DNA of 64,000 bases. Origin: Balanoglossus misakiensis (Eukaryota > Animalia > Hemichordata). The notes under the pieces are model-generated. The model was given only the letters and a program-made list of their open reading frames with translations. It had not been told where the DNA came from and searched no databases. Numbering within the stretch: the first letter of the stretch is position 1; each line of letters opens with the position of its first letter. The translations under genes were made by a program, and so were the position numbers. Shown one piece after another: positions 49,996-63,899 of this stretch. The stretch covers positions 20,682,303 through 20,746,302 of the forward strand of contig CM082577.2 of the NCBI GenBank assembly GCA_040954595.2, read 5' to 3'.

Positions 49996-52900
49996 GAAAG
50001 ATGGTTGAATTTCTCCTACTATAAACCTGAATCCTACACCATTAAACACATAGTCCGACTTCGCTAATTATTGTGGGTAACCGATCGACCTTCCATAGCT
50101 TATAAGGCAAGTAGGATAAAAAGATATGGTTTGTTTTGTTCTGCAAAAAGTGGTTTTAGAATTCAGGCACTTTCAGAAAAGGAAGAAACGGACACTTGCC
50201 ACAAAATATTATCCTTCAGGCTAATCTTTAATGGAAACGTTGGAAAAAATTGAAGCCTACAGCACGTAGTATTCCCAGGCGGTCTCCCATCCAAGTACTA
50301 ACTACGCCCAACGCAGGTTTGCTTCGGTGATCAGACGAGAACCGGCTTTTTCTACGTGGTATGGCCGTAGGCGAAAGATGGTTGAATTTCTCCTACTATA
50401 AACCTGAATCCTACACCATTGAACACATAGTCCGACTTGGCTAATTTTTGTGGGTAACCGATCGACCTTCCATAGCTTATAAGGCAAGTAGGATAAAAAA
50501 ATATGGTTTGTTTTGTTTTGCAAAAAGTGGTTTTACAATTCAGACACTTGCAGAAAGAGGAAGAAACGGACACTTGCGACAAAATATTATCCTTCAGGCT
50601 ACTCTTTAATGGAAACGTTGGAAAAAATGAAGCCTACAGCAAGTAGTATTCCCAGGCGGTCTGCCATCCAAGTACTAACTACGCCCAACGCAGGTTTTCT
50701 TCGGTGATCAGACGAGAACCGGCTTTTTCTACGTGGTATGGCCGTAGGCGAAAGATGGTTGAATTTCTCCTACTATAAACCTGAATCCTACACCATTGAA
50801 CACATAGTCCGACTTGGCTAATTTTTGTGGGTAACCGATCGACCTTCCATAGCTTATAAGGCAAGTAGGATAAAAAAATATGGTTACTTTGTTTTGTTTT
50901 GCAAAAAGTGGTTTTAAAATTCAGACACTTGCAGAAAGAGGAAGAAACGAACACTTGCGACAAAATATTATCCTTCAGGCTACTCTTTAATGGAAACGTT
51001 GGAAAAAAATGAAGCCTACAGCACGTAGTATTCCACGGCGGTCTCCCATCCAAGTACTAACTACGCCCAACGCAGGTTTGCTTCGGTGATCAGACGAGAA
51101 CCGGCTTTTTCTACGTGGTATGGCCGTAGGCGAAAGATGGTTGAATTTCTCCTACTATAAACCTGAATCCTACACCATTAAACACATAGTCCGACTTGGC
51201 TAATTATTGTGGGTAACCGATCGACCTTCCATAGCTTATAAGGCAAGTAGGATAAAAAGATATGGTTTGTTTTGTTCTGCAAAAAGTGGTTTTAGAATTC
51301 AGGCACTTTCAGAAAAGGAAGAAACTGACACTTGCCACAAAATATTATCCTTCAGGCTACTCTTTAAAAAATGAAGCCTACAGCACGTAGTATTCCCAGG
51401 CGGTCTCCCATCCAAGTACTAACTACGCCCAACGCAGGTTTGCTTCGGTGATCAGACGAGAACCGGCTTTTTCTACGTGGTATGGCCGTAGGCGAAAGAT
51501 GGTTGAATATCTCCTACTATAAACCTGAATCCTACACCATTAAACACATAGTCCGACTTGGCTAATTATTGTGGGTAACCGATCGACCTTCCATAGCTTA
51601 TAAGGCAAGTAGGATAAAAAGATATGGTTTGTTTTGTTCTGCAAAAAGTGGTTTTAGAATTCAGGCACTTTCAGAAAAGGAAGAAACGGACACTTGCCAC
51701 AAAATATTATCCTTCAGGCTACTCTTTAAAAAATGAAGCCTACAGCACGTAGTATTCCCAGGCGGTCTCCCATCCAAGTACTAACTACGCCCAACGCAGG
51801 TTTGCTTCGGTGATCAGACGAGAACCGGCTTTTTCTACGTGGTATGGCCGTAGGCGATGGATGGTTGAATTTCTCCTACTATAAACCTAAATCCTACACC
51901 ATTGAACACATAGTCCGACTTGGCTAATTTTTGTGGGTAACCGATCGACCTTCCATAGCTTATAAGGCAAGTAGGATAAAAAAATATGGTTTGTTTTGTT
52001 TTGCAAAAAGTGGTTTTAAAATTCAGACACTTGCAGAAAGAGGAAGAAACGGACACTTGCGACAAAATATTATCCTTCAGGCTAATCTTTAATGGAAACG
52101 TTGGAAAAAATTGAAGCCTACAGCACGTAGTATTCCCAGGCGGTCTCCCATCCAAGTACTAACTACGCCCAACGCAGGTTTGCTTCGGTGATCAGACGAG
52201 AACCGGCTTTTTCTACGTGGTATGGCCGTAGGCGAAAGATGGTTGAATTTCTCCTACTATAAACCTGAATCCTACACCATTAAACACATAGTCCGACTTG
52301 GCTAATTATTGTGGGTAACCGATCGACCTTCCATAGCTTATAAGGCAAGTAGGATAAAAAAATATTGTTTGTTTTGTTTTGCAAAAAGTTGTTTTAAAAT
52401 TCAGACACTTGCAGAAAGAGGAAGAAACGGACACTTGCGACAAAATATTATCCTTCAGGCTACTCTTTAAAAAATGAAGCCTACAGCACGTAGTATTCCC
52501 AGGCGGTCTCCCATCCAAGTACTAACTACGCCCAACGCAGGTTTGCTTCGGTGATCAGACGAGAACCGGCTTTTTCTACGTGGTATGGCCGTAGGCGAAA
52601 GATGGTTGAATTTCTCCTACTATAAACCTGAATCCTACACCATTGAACACATAGTCCGACTTGGCTAATTTTTGTGGGTAACCGATCGACCTTCCATAGC
52701 TTATAAGGCAAGTAGGATAAAAAAATATTGTTTGTTTTGTTTTGCAAAAAGTGGTTTTAAAATTCAGAAACTTGCAGAAAGAGGAAGAAACGGACACTTG
52801 CCACAAAATATTATCCTTCAGGCTACTCTTTAATGGAAACGTTGGAAAAAAATGAAGCCTACAGCACGTAGTATTCCCAGGCGGACTCCCATCCAAGTAC

Positions 52901-55900
52901 TAATTACGCCGAACGCAGGTTTGCTTCGGTGATCAGACGAGAACCGGCTTTTTCTACGTGGTATGGCCGTAGGCGAAAGATGGTTGAATTTCTCCTACTA
53001 TAAACCTGAATCCTACACCATTGAACACATAGTCCGACTTGGCTAATTTTTGTGGGTAACCGATCGACCTTCCATAGCTTATAAGGCAAGTAGGATAAAA
53101 AAATATGGTTTGTTTTGTTTTGCAAAAAGTGGTTTTAAAATTCAGACACATGCAGAAAGAGGAAGAAACGGACACTTGCGACAAAATATTATCCTTCAGG
53201 CTAATCTTTAATGGAAACGTTGGAAAAAATTGAAGCCTACAGCACGTAGTATTCCCAGGCGGTCTCCCATCCAAGTACTAACTACGCCCAACGCAGGTTT
53301 GCTTCGGTGATCAGACGAGAACCGGCTTTTTCTACGTGGTATGGCCGTAGGCGAAAGATGGTTGAATTTCTCCTACTATAAACCTGAATCCTACAAAATT
53401 GAACACATAGTCCGACTTGGCTAATTTTTGTGGGTAACCGATCGACCTTCCATAGCTTATAAGGCAAGTAGGATAAAAAAATATTGTTTGTTTTGTTTTG
53501 CAAAAAGTGGTTTTAAAATTCAGAAACTTGCAGAAAGAGGAAGAAACGGACACTTGCCACAAAATATTATCCTTCAGGCTACTCTTTAATGGAAACGTTG
53601 GAAAAAAATGAAGCCTACAGCACGTAGTATTCCCAGGCGGACTCCCATCCAAGTACTAATTACGCCGAACGCAGGTTTGCTTCGGTGATCAGACGAGAAC
53701 CGGCTTTTTCTACGTGGTATGGCCGTAGGCGAAAGATGGTTGAATTTCTCCTACTATAAACCTGAATCCTACACCATTGAACACATAGTCCGACTTGGCT
53801 AATTTTTGTGGGTAACCGATCGACCTTCCATAGCTTATAAGGCAAGTAGGATAAAAAAATATGGTTTGTTTTGTTTTGCAAAAAGTGGTTTTAAAATTCA
53901 GACACATGCAGAAAGAGGAAGAAACGGACACTTGCGACAAAATATTATCCTTCAGGCTAATCTTTAATGGAAACGTTGGAAAAAATTGAAGCCTACAGCA
54001 CGTAGTATTCCCAGGCGGTCTCCCATCCAAGTACTAACTACGCCCAACGCAGGTTTGCTTCGGTGATCAGACGAGAACCGGCTTATTCTACGTGGTATGG
54101 CCGTAGGCGAAAGATGGTTGAATTTCTCCTACTATAAACCTGAATCCTACACCATTGAACACATAGTCCGACTTGGCTAATTATTGTGGGTAACCGATCG
54201 ACCTTCCATAGCTTATAAGGCAAGTAGGATACAAAGATATGGTTTGTTTTGTTCTGCAAAAAGTGGTTTTAGAATTCAGGCACTTTCAGAAAAGGAAGAA
54301 ACGGATACTTGCCACAAAATATTATCCTTCAGGCTACTCTTTAAAAAATGAAGCCTACAGCACGTAGTATTCCCAGGCGGTCTCCCATCCAAGTACTAAC
54401 TACGCCCAACGCAGGTTTGCTTCGGTGATCAGACGAGAACCGGCTTTTTCTACGTGGTATGGCCGTAGGCGAAGGATGGTTGAATTTCTCCTACTATAAA
54501 CCTAAATCCTACACCATTGAACACATAGTCCGACTTGGCTAATTATTGTGGGTAACCGATCGACCTTCCATAGCTTATAAGGCAAGTAGGATAAAAAGAT
54601 ATGGTTTGTTTTGTTCTGCAAAAAGTGGTTTTAGAATTCAGGCACTTTCAGAAAAGGAAGAAACGGACACTTGCCACAAAATATTATCCTTCAGGCTACT
54701 CTTTAAAAAATGAAGCCTACAGCACGTAGTATTCCCAGGCGGTCTCCCATCCAAGTACTAACTACGCCCAACGCAGGTTTGCTTCGGTGATCAGACGAGA
54801 ACCGGCTTTTTCTACGTGGTATGGCCGTAGGCGAAAGATGGTTGAATTTCTCCTAATATAAACCTGAATCCTACACCATTAAACACATAGTCCGACTTGG
54901 CTAATTATTGTGGGTAACCGATCGACCTTCCATAGCTTATAAGGCAAGTAGGATAAACAGATATGGTTTGTTTTATTCTGCAAAAAGTGGTTTTAGAATT
55001 CAGGCACTTTCAGAAAAGGAAGAAACGGACACTTGCCACAAAATATTATCCTTCAGGCTACTCTTTAAAAAATGAAGCCTACAGCACGTAGTATTCCCAG
55101 GCGGTCTCCCATCTAATTACTAACTACGCTCAACGCAGGTTTGCTTCGGTGATCAGACGAGAACCGGCTTTTTCTACGTGGTATGGCCGTAGGCGAAGGA
55201 TGGTTGAATTTCTCCTACTATAAACCTAAATCCTACACCATTGAACACATAGTCCGACTTGGCTAATTATTGTGGGTAACCGATCGACCTTCCATAGCTT
55301 ATAAGGCAAGTAGGATAAAAAGATATGGTTTGTTTTGTTCTGCAAAAAGTGGTTTTAGAATTCAGGCACTTTCAGAAAAGGAAGAAACGGACACTTGCCA
55401 CAAAATATTATCCTTCAGGCTACTCTTTAAAAAATGAAGCCTACAGCACGTAGTATTCCCAGGCGGTCTCCCATCCAAGTACTAACTACGCCCAACGCAG
55501 GTTTGCTTCGGTGATCAGACGAGAACCGGCTTTTTCTACGTGGTATGGCCGTAGGCGAAAGATGGTTGAATTTCTCCTAATATAAACCTGAATCCTACAC
55601 CATTAAACACATAGTCCGACTTGGCTAATTATTGTGGGTAACCGATCGACCTTCCATAGCTTATAAGGCAAGTAGGATAAACAGATATGGTTTGTTTTAT
55701 TCTGCAAAAAGTGGTTTTAGAATTCAGGCACTTTCAGAAAAGGAAGAAACGGACACTTGCCACAAAATATTATCCTTCAGGCTACTCTTTAAAAAATGAA
55801 GCCTACAGCACGTAGTATTCCCAGGCGGTCTCCCATCCAATTACTAACTACGCTCAACGCAGGTTTGCTTCGGTGATCAGACGAGAACCGGCTTTTTCTA

Positions 55901-58900
55901 CGTGGTATGGCCGTAGGCGAAGGATGGTTGAATTTCTCCTACTATAAACCTAAATCCTACACCATTGAACACATAGTCCGACTTGGCTAATTATTGTGGG
56001 TAACCGATCGACCTTCCATAGCTTATAAGGCAAGTAGGATAAAAAAATATGGTTTGTTTTGTTTTGCAAAAAGTGGTTTTAAAATTCAGACACTTGCAGA
56101 AAGAGGAAGAAACGGACACTTGCGACAAAATATTATCCTTCAGGCTACTCTTTAATGGAAACGTTGGAAAAAATGAAGCCTACAGCACGTAGTATTCCCA
56201 GGCGGTCTCCCATCCAAGTACTAACTACGCCCAACGCAGGTTTGCTTCGGTGATCAGACGAGAACCGGCTTATTTTACGTGGTATGGCCGTAGGCGAAAG
56301 ATGGTTGAATTTCTCCTACTATAAACATGAATCCTAAACCATTGAACACATAGTCCGACTTGGCTAATTTTTGTGGGTAACCGATCGACCTTCCATAGCT
56401 TATAAGGCAAGTAGGATAAAAAAATATGGTTTGTTTTGTTTTGCAAAAAGTGGTTTTAAAATTCAGACACTTGCAGAAAGAGGAAGAAACGAACACTTGC
56501 GACAAAATATTATCCTTCAGGCTACTCTTTAATGGAAACGTTGGAAAAAAATGAAGCCTACAGCACGTAGTATTCCACGGCGGTCTCCCATCCAAGTACT
56601 AACTACGCCCAACGCAGGTTTGCTTCGGTGATCAGACGAGAACCGGCTTTTTCTACGTGGTATGGCCGTAGGCGAAAGATGGTTGAATTTCTCCTACTAT
56701 AAACCTGAATCCTACACCATTAAACACATAGTCCGACTTGGCTAATTATTGTGGGTAACCGATCGACCTTCCATAGCTTATAAGGCAAGTAGGATAAAAA
56801 GATATGGTTTGTTTTGTTCTGCAAAAAGTGGTTTTAGAATTCAGGCACTTTCAGAAAAGGAAGAAACGGACACTTGCGACAAAATATTATCCTTCAGGCT
56901 ACTCTTTAATGGAAACGTTGGAAAAAATGAAGCCTACAGCACGTAGTATTCCCAGGCGGTCTCCCATCCAAGTACTAACTACGCCCAACGCAGGTTTGCT
57001 TCGATGATCAGACGAGAACCGGCTTATTTTACGTGGTATGGCCGTAGGCGAAAGATGGTTGAATTTCTCCTACTATAAACATGAATCCTAAACCATTGAA
57101 CACATAGTCCGACTTGGCTAATTTTTGTGGGTAACCGATCGACCTTCCATAGCTTATAAGGCAAGTAGGATAAAAAATATGGTTTGTTTTGTTTTGCAAA
57201 AAGTGGTTTTAAAATTCAGACACTTGCAGAAAGAGGAAGAAACGAACACTTGCGACAAAATATTATCCTTCAGGCTACTCTTTAATGGAAACGTTGGAAA
57301 AAAATGAAGCCTACAGCACGTAGTATTCCACGGCGGTCTCCCATCCAAGTACTAACTACGCCCAACGCAGGTTTGCTTCGGTGATCAGACGAGAACCGGC
57401 TTTTTCTACGTGGTATGGCCGTAGGCGAAAGATGGTTGAATTTCTCCTACTATAAACCTGAATCCTACACCATTAAACACATAGTCCGACTTGGCTAATT
57501 ATTGTGGGTAACCGATCGACCTTCCATAGCTTATAAGGCAAGTAGGATAAAAAGATATGGTTTGTTTTGTTCTGCAAAAAGTGGTTTTAGAATTCAGGCA
57601 CTTTCAGAAAAGGAAGAAACTGACACTTGCCACAAAATATTATCCTTCAGGCTACTCTTTAAAAAATGAAGCCTACAGCACGTAGTATTCCCAGGCGGTC
57701 TCCCATCCAAGTACTAACTACGCCCAACGCAGGTTTGCTTCGGTGATCAGACGAGAACCGGCTTTTTCTACGTGGTATGGCCGTAGGCGAAAGATGGTTG
57801 AATATCTCCTACTATAAACCTGAATCCTACACCATTAAACACATAGTCCGACTTGGCTAATTATTGTGGGTAACCGATCGACCTTCCATAGCTTATAAGG
57901 CAAGTAGGATAAAAAGATATGGTTTGTTTTGTTCTGCAAAAAGTGGTTTTAGAATTCAGGCACTTTCAGAAAAGGAAGAAACGGACACTTGCCACAAAAT
58001 ATTATCCTTCAGGCTACTCTTTAAAAAATGAAGCCTACAGCACGTAGTATTCCCAGGCGGTCTCCCATCCAAGTACTAACTACGCCCAACGCAGGTTTGC
58101 TTCGGTGATCAGACGAGAACCGGCTTTTTCTACGTGGTATGGCCGTAGGCGATGGATGGTTGAATTTCTCCTACTATAAACCTAAATCCTACACCATTGA
58201 ACACATAGTCCGACTTGGCTAATTTTTGTGGGTAACCGATCGACCTTCCATAGCTTATTAGGCAAGTAGGATAAAAAAATATGGTTTGTTTTGTTTTGCA
58301 AAAAGTGGTTTTAAAATTCAGACACTTGCAGAAAGAGGAAGAAACGGACACTTGCGACAAAATATTATCCTTCAGGCTAATCTTTAATGGAAACGTTGGA
58401 AAAAATTGAAGCCTACAGCACGTAGTATTCCCAGGCGGTCTCCCATCCAAGTACTAACTACGCCCAACGCAGGTTTGCTTCGGTGATCAGACGAGAACCG
58501 GCTTTTTCTACGTGGTATGGCCGTAGGCGAAAGATGGTTGAATTTCTCCTACTATAAACCTGAATCCTACACCATTGAACACATAGTCCCACTTGGCTAA
58601 TTATTGTGGGTAACCGATCGACCTTCCATAGCTTATAAGGCAAGTAGGATAAAAAGATATGGTTTGTTTTGTTCTGCAAAAAGTGGTTTTAGAATTCAGG
58701 CACTTTCAGAAAAGGAAGAAACTGACACTTGCCACAAAATATTATCCTTCAGGCTACTCTTTAAAAAATGAAGCCTACAGCACGTAGTATTCCCAGGCGG
58801 TCTCCCATCCAAGTACTAACTACGCCCAACGCAGGTTTGCTTCGGTGATCAGACGAGAACCGGCTTTTTCTACGTGGTATGGCCGTAGGCGAAAGATGGT

Positions 58901-61007
58901 TGAATATCTCCTACTATAAACCTGAATCCTACACCATTAAACACATAGTCCGACTTGGCTAATTATTGTGGGTAACCGATCGACCTTCCATAGCTTATAA
59001 GGCAAGTAGGATAAAAAGATATGGTTTGTTTTGTTCTGCAAAAAGTGGTTTTAGAATTCAGGCACTTTCAGAAAAGGAAGAAACGGACACTTGCCACAAA
59101 ATCTTATCCTTCAGGCTACTCTTTAAAAAATGAAGCCTACAGCACGTAGTATTCCCAGGCGGTCTCCCATCCAAGTACTAACTACGCCCAACGCAGGTTT
59201 GCTTCGGTGATCAGACGAGAACCGGCTTTTTCTACGTGGTATGGCCGTAGGCGAAGGATGGTTGAATTTCTCCTACTATAAACCTAAATCCTACACCATT
59301 GAACACATAGTCCGACTTGGCTAATTTTTGTGGGTAACCGATCGACCTTCCATAGCTTATAAGGCAAGTAGGATCAAAAAATATGGTTTGTTTTGTTTTG
59401 CAAAAAGTGGTTTTAAAATTCAGACACTTGCAGAAAGAGGAAGAAACGGACACTTGCGACAGAATATTATCCTTCAGGCTAATCTTTAATGGAAACGTTG
59501 GAAAAAATTGAAGCCTACAGCACGTAGTATTCCCAGGCGGTCTCCCATCCAAGTACTAACTACGCCCAACGCAGGTTTGCTTCGGTGATCAGACGAGAAC
59601 CGGCTTTTTCTACGTGGTATGGCCGTAGGCGAAAGATGGTTGAATTTCTCCTACTATAAACCTGAATCCTACACCATTAAACACATAGTCCGACTTGGCT
59701 AATTATTGTGGGTAACCGATCGACCTTCCATAGCTTATAAGGCAAGTAGGATAAAAAAATATTGTTTGTTTTGTTTTGCAAAAAGTGGTTTTAAAATTCA
59801 GACACTTGCAGAAAGAGGAAGAAACGGACACTTGCGACAAAATATTATCCTTCAGGCTACTCTTTAAAAAATGAAGCCTACAGCACGTAGTATTCCCAGG
59901 CGGTCTCCCATCCAAGTACTAACTACGCCCAACGCAGGTTTGCTTCGGTGATCAGACGAGAACCGGCTTTTTCTACGTGGTATGGCCGTAGGCGAAAGAT
60001 GGTTGAATTTCTCCTACTATAAACCTGAATCCTACACCATTGAACACATAGTCCGACTTGGCTAATTTTTGTGGGTAACCGATCGACCTTCCATAGCTTA
60101 TAAGGCAAGTAGGATAAAAAAATATTGTTTGTTTTGTTTTGCAAAAAGTGGTTTTAAAATTCAGAAACTTGCAGAAAGAGGAAGAAACGGACACTTGCCA
60201 CAAAATATTATCCTTCAGGCTACTCTTTAATGGAAACGTTGGAAAAAAATGAAGCCTACAGCACGTAGTATTCCCAGGCGGACTCCCATCCAAGTACTAA
60301 TTACGCCGAACGCAGGTTTGCTTCGGTGATCAGACGAGAACCGGCTTTTTCTACGTGGTATGGCCGTAGGCGAAAGATGGTTGAATTTCTCCTACTATAA
60401 ACCTGAATCCTACACCATTGAACACATAGTCCGACTTGGCTAATTTTTGTGGGTAACCGATCGACCTTCCATAGCTTATAAGGCAAGTAGGATAAAAAAA
60501 TATGGTTTGTTTTGTTTTGCAAAAAGTGGTTTTAAAATTCAGACACTTGCAGAAAGAGGAAGAAACGGACACTTGCGACAAAATATTATCCTTCAGGCTA
60601 CTCTTTAATGGAAACGTTGGAAAAAAATGAAGCCTACAGCACGTAGTATTCCCAGGCGGACTACCATCCAAGTACTAACTACGCCGAACGCAGGTTTGCT
60701 TCGGTGATCAGACGAGAACCGGCTTTTTCTACGTGGTATGGCCGTAGGCGAAAGATGGTTGAATTTCTCCTACTATAAACCTGAATCCTACACCATTGAA
60801 CACATAGTCCGACTTGGCTAATTTTTGTGGGTAACCGATCGACCTTCCATAGCTTATAAGGCAAGTAGGATAAAAAAATATGGTTTGTTTTGTTTTGCAA
60901 AAAGTGGTTTTAAAATTCAGACACTTGCAGAAAGAGGAAGAAACGGACACTTGCGACAAAATATTATCATTCAGGCTAATCTTTAATGGAAACGTTGGAA
61001 AAAATTG

Positions 61008-61083
61008 AAGCCTACAGCACGTAGTATTCCCAGGCGGTCTCCCAGACGAGAACCGGCTTTTTCTACGTGGTATGGCCGTAGGC
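61008..61083 (-). pseudogene. 5S pseudogene, 44-bp internal deletion (copy 4 of 6)
   Basis: Same junction; +12888 from copy 1. Confidence 0.92.
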
Positions 61084-62096
61084 GAAAGATGGTTGAATTT
61101 CTCCTACTATAAACCTGAATCCTACACCATTAAACACATAGTCCGACTTGGCTAATTATTTTGGGTAACCGATCGACCTTCCATAGCTTATAAGGCAAGT
61201 AGGATAAAAAGATATGGTTTGTTTTGTTCTGCAAAAAGTGGTTTTAGAATTCAGGCACTTTCAGAAAAGGAAGAAACGGACACTTGCCACAAAATATTAT
61301 CCTTCAGGCTAATCTTTAATGGAAACGTTGGAAAAAATTGAAGCCTACAGCACGTAGTATTCCCAGGCGGTCTCCCATCCAAGTACTAACTACGCCCAAC
61401 GCAGGTTTGCTTCGGTGATCAGACGAGAACCGGCTTTTTCTACGTGGTATGGCCGTAGGCGAAAGATGGTTGAATTTCTCCTACTATAAACCTGAATCCT
61501 ACACCATTGAACACATAGTCCGACTTGGCTAATTTTTTTGGGTAACCGATCGACCTTCCATAGCTTATAAGGCAAGTAGGATAAAAAAATAGGGTTTGTT
61601 TTGTTTTGCAAAAAGTGGTTTTAAAATTCAGACACTTGCAGAAAGAGGAAGAAACGGACACTTGAGACAAAATATTATCTTTCAGGCTACTCTTTAATGG
61701 AAACGTTGGAAAAAAATGAAGCCTACAGCACGTAGTATTCCCAGGCGGTCTCCCATCCAAGTACTAACTACGCCCAACGCAGGTTTGCTTCGGTGATCAG
61801 ACGAGAACCGGCTTTATCTACGTGGTATGGCCGTAGGCGAAAGATTGTTGAATTTCTCCTACTATAAACCTGAATCCTACACCATTGAACACATAGTCCG
61901 ACTTGGCTAATTTTTGTGGGTAACCGATCGACCTTCCATAGCTTATAAGGCAAGTAGGATAAAAAAATATGGTTTGTTTTGTTTTGCAAAAAGTGGTTTT
62001 AAAATTCAGACACTTGCAGAAAGAGGAAGAAACGGACACTTGCGACAAAATATCATCATTCAGGCTAATCTTTATTGGAAACGTTGGAAAAAATTG

Positions 62097-62172
62097 AAGC
62101 CTACAGCACGTAGTATTCCCAGGCGGTCTCCCAGACGAGAACCGGCTTTTTCTACGTGGTATGGCCGTAGGC
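62097..62172 (-). pseudogene. 5S pseudogene, 44-bp internal deletion (copy 5 of 6)
   Basis: Same junction; +12888 from copy 2. Confidence 0.92.
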
Positions 62173-62807
62173 GAAAGATGGTTGAATTTCTCCTACTATA
62201 AACCTGAATCCTACACCATTAAACACATAGTCCGACTTGGCTAATTATTGTGGGTAACCGATCGACCTTCCATAGCTTATAAGGCAAGTAGGATAAAAAG
62301 ATATGGTTTGTTTTGTTCTGCAAAAAGTGGTTTTAGAATTCAGGCACTTTCAGAAAAGGAAGAAACGGACACTTGCCACAAAATATTATCCTTCAGGCTA
62401 ATCTTTAATGGAAACGTTGGAAAAAATTGAAGCCTACAGCACGTAGTATTCCCAGGCGGTCTCCCATCCAAGTACTAACTACGCCCAACGCAGGTTTGCT
62501 TCGGTGATCAGACGAGAACCGGCTTTATCTACGTGGTATGGCCGTAGGCGAAAGATGGTTGAATTTCTCCTACTATAAACCTGAATCCTACACCATTGAA
62601 CACATAGTCCGACTTGGCTAATTTTTGTGGGTAACCGATCGACCTTCCATAGCTTATAAGGCAAGTAGGATAAAAAAATATGGTTTGTTTTGTTTTGCAA
62701 AAAGTGGTTTTAAAATTCAGACACTTGCAGAAAGAGGAAGAAACGGACACTTGCGACAAAATATCATCATTCAGGCTAATCTTTATTGGAAACGTTGGAA
62801 AAAATTG

Positions 62808-62883
62808 AAGCCTACAGCACGTAGTATTCCCAGGCGGTCTCCCAGACGAGAACCGGCTTTTTCTACGTGGTATGGCCGTAGGC
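62808..62883 (-). pseudogene. 5S pseudogene, 44-bp internal deletion (copy 6 of 6)
   Basis: Same junction; +12888 from copy 3. Confidence 0.92.
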
Positions 62884-63899
62884 GAAAGATGGTTGAATTT
62901 CTCCTACTATAAACCTGAATCCTACACCATTAAACACATAGTCCGACTTCGCTAATTATTGTGGGTAACCGATCGACCTTCCATAGCTTATAAGGCAAGT
63001 AGGATAAAAAGATATGGTTTGTTTTGTTCTGCAAAAAGTGGTTTTAGAATTCAGGCACTTTCAGAAAAGGAAGAAACGGACACTTGCCACAAAATATTAT
63101 CCTTCAGGCTAATCTTTAATGGAAACGTTGGAAAAAATTGAAGCCTACAGCACGTAGTATTCCCAGGCGGTCTCCCATCCAAGTACTAACTACGCCCAAC
63201 GCAGGTTTGCTTCGGTGATCAGACGAGAACCGGCTTTTTCTACGTGGTATGGCCGTAGGCGAAAGATGGTTGAATTTCTCCTACTATAAACCTGAATCCT
63301 ACACCATTGAACACATAGTCCGACTTGGCTAATTTTTGTGGGTAACCGATCGACCTTCCATAGCTTATAAGGCAAGTAGGATAAAAAAATATGGTTTGTT
63401 TTGTTTTGCAAAAAGTGGTTTTACAATTCAGACACTTGCAGAAAGAGGAAGAAACGGACACTTGCGACAAAATATTATCCTTCAGGCTACTCTTTAATGG
63501 AAACGTTGGAAAAAATGAAGCCTACAGCAAGTAGTATTCCCAGGCGGTCTGCCATCCAAGTACTAACTACGCCCAACGCAGGTTTTCTTCGGTGATCAGA
63601 CGAGAACCGGCTTTTTCTACGTGGTATGGCCGTAGGCGAAAGATGGTTGAATTTCTCCTACTATAAACCTGAATCCTACACCATTGAACACATAGTCCGA
63701 CTTGGCTAATTTTTGTGGGTAACCGATCGACCTTCCATAGCTTATAAGGCAAGTAGGATAAAAAAATATGGTTACTTTGTTTTGTTTTGCAAAAAGTGGT
63801 TTTAAAATTCAGACACTTGCAGAAAGAGGAAGAAACGGACACTTGCGACAAAATATTATCATTCAGGCTAATCTTTAATGGAAACGTTGGAAAAAAATG

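Larger units (their letters stand above)
38400..63800. repeat. Tandem segmental duplication of ~12.5-12.9 kb (~34 units)
   Basis: Markers recur at +12526 (39309/51835 to 44599/57125), then at +12888 (45242/58130 to 50679/63567). Confidence 0.92.
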
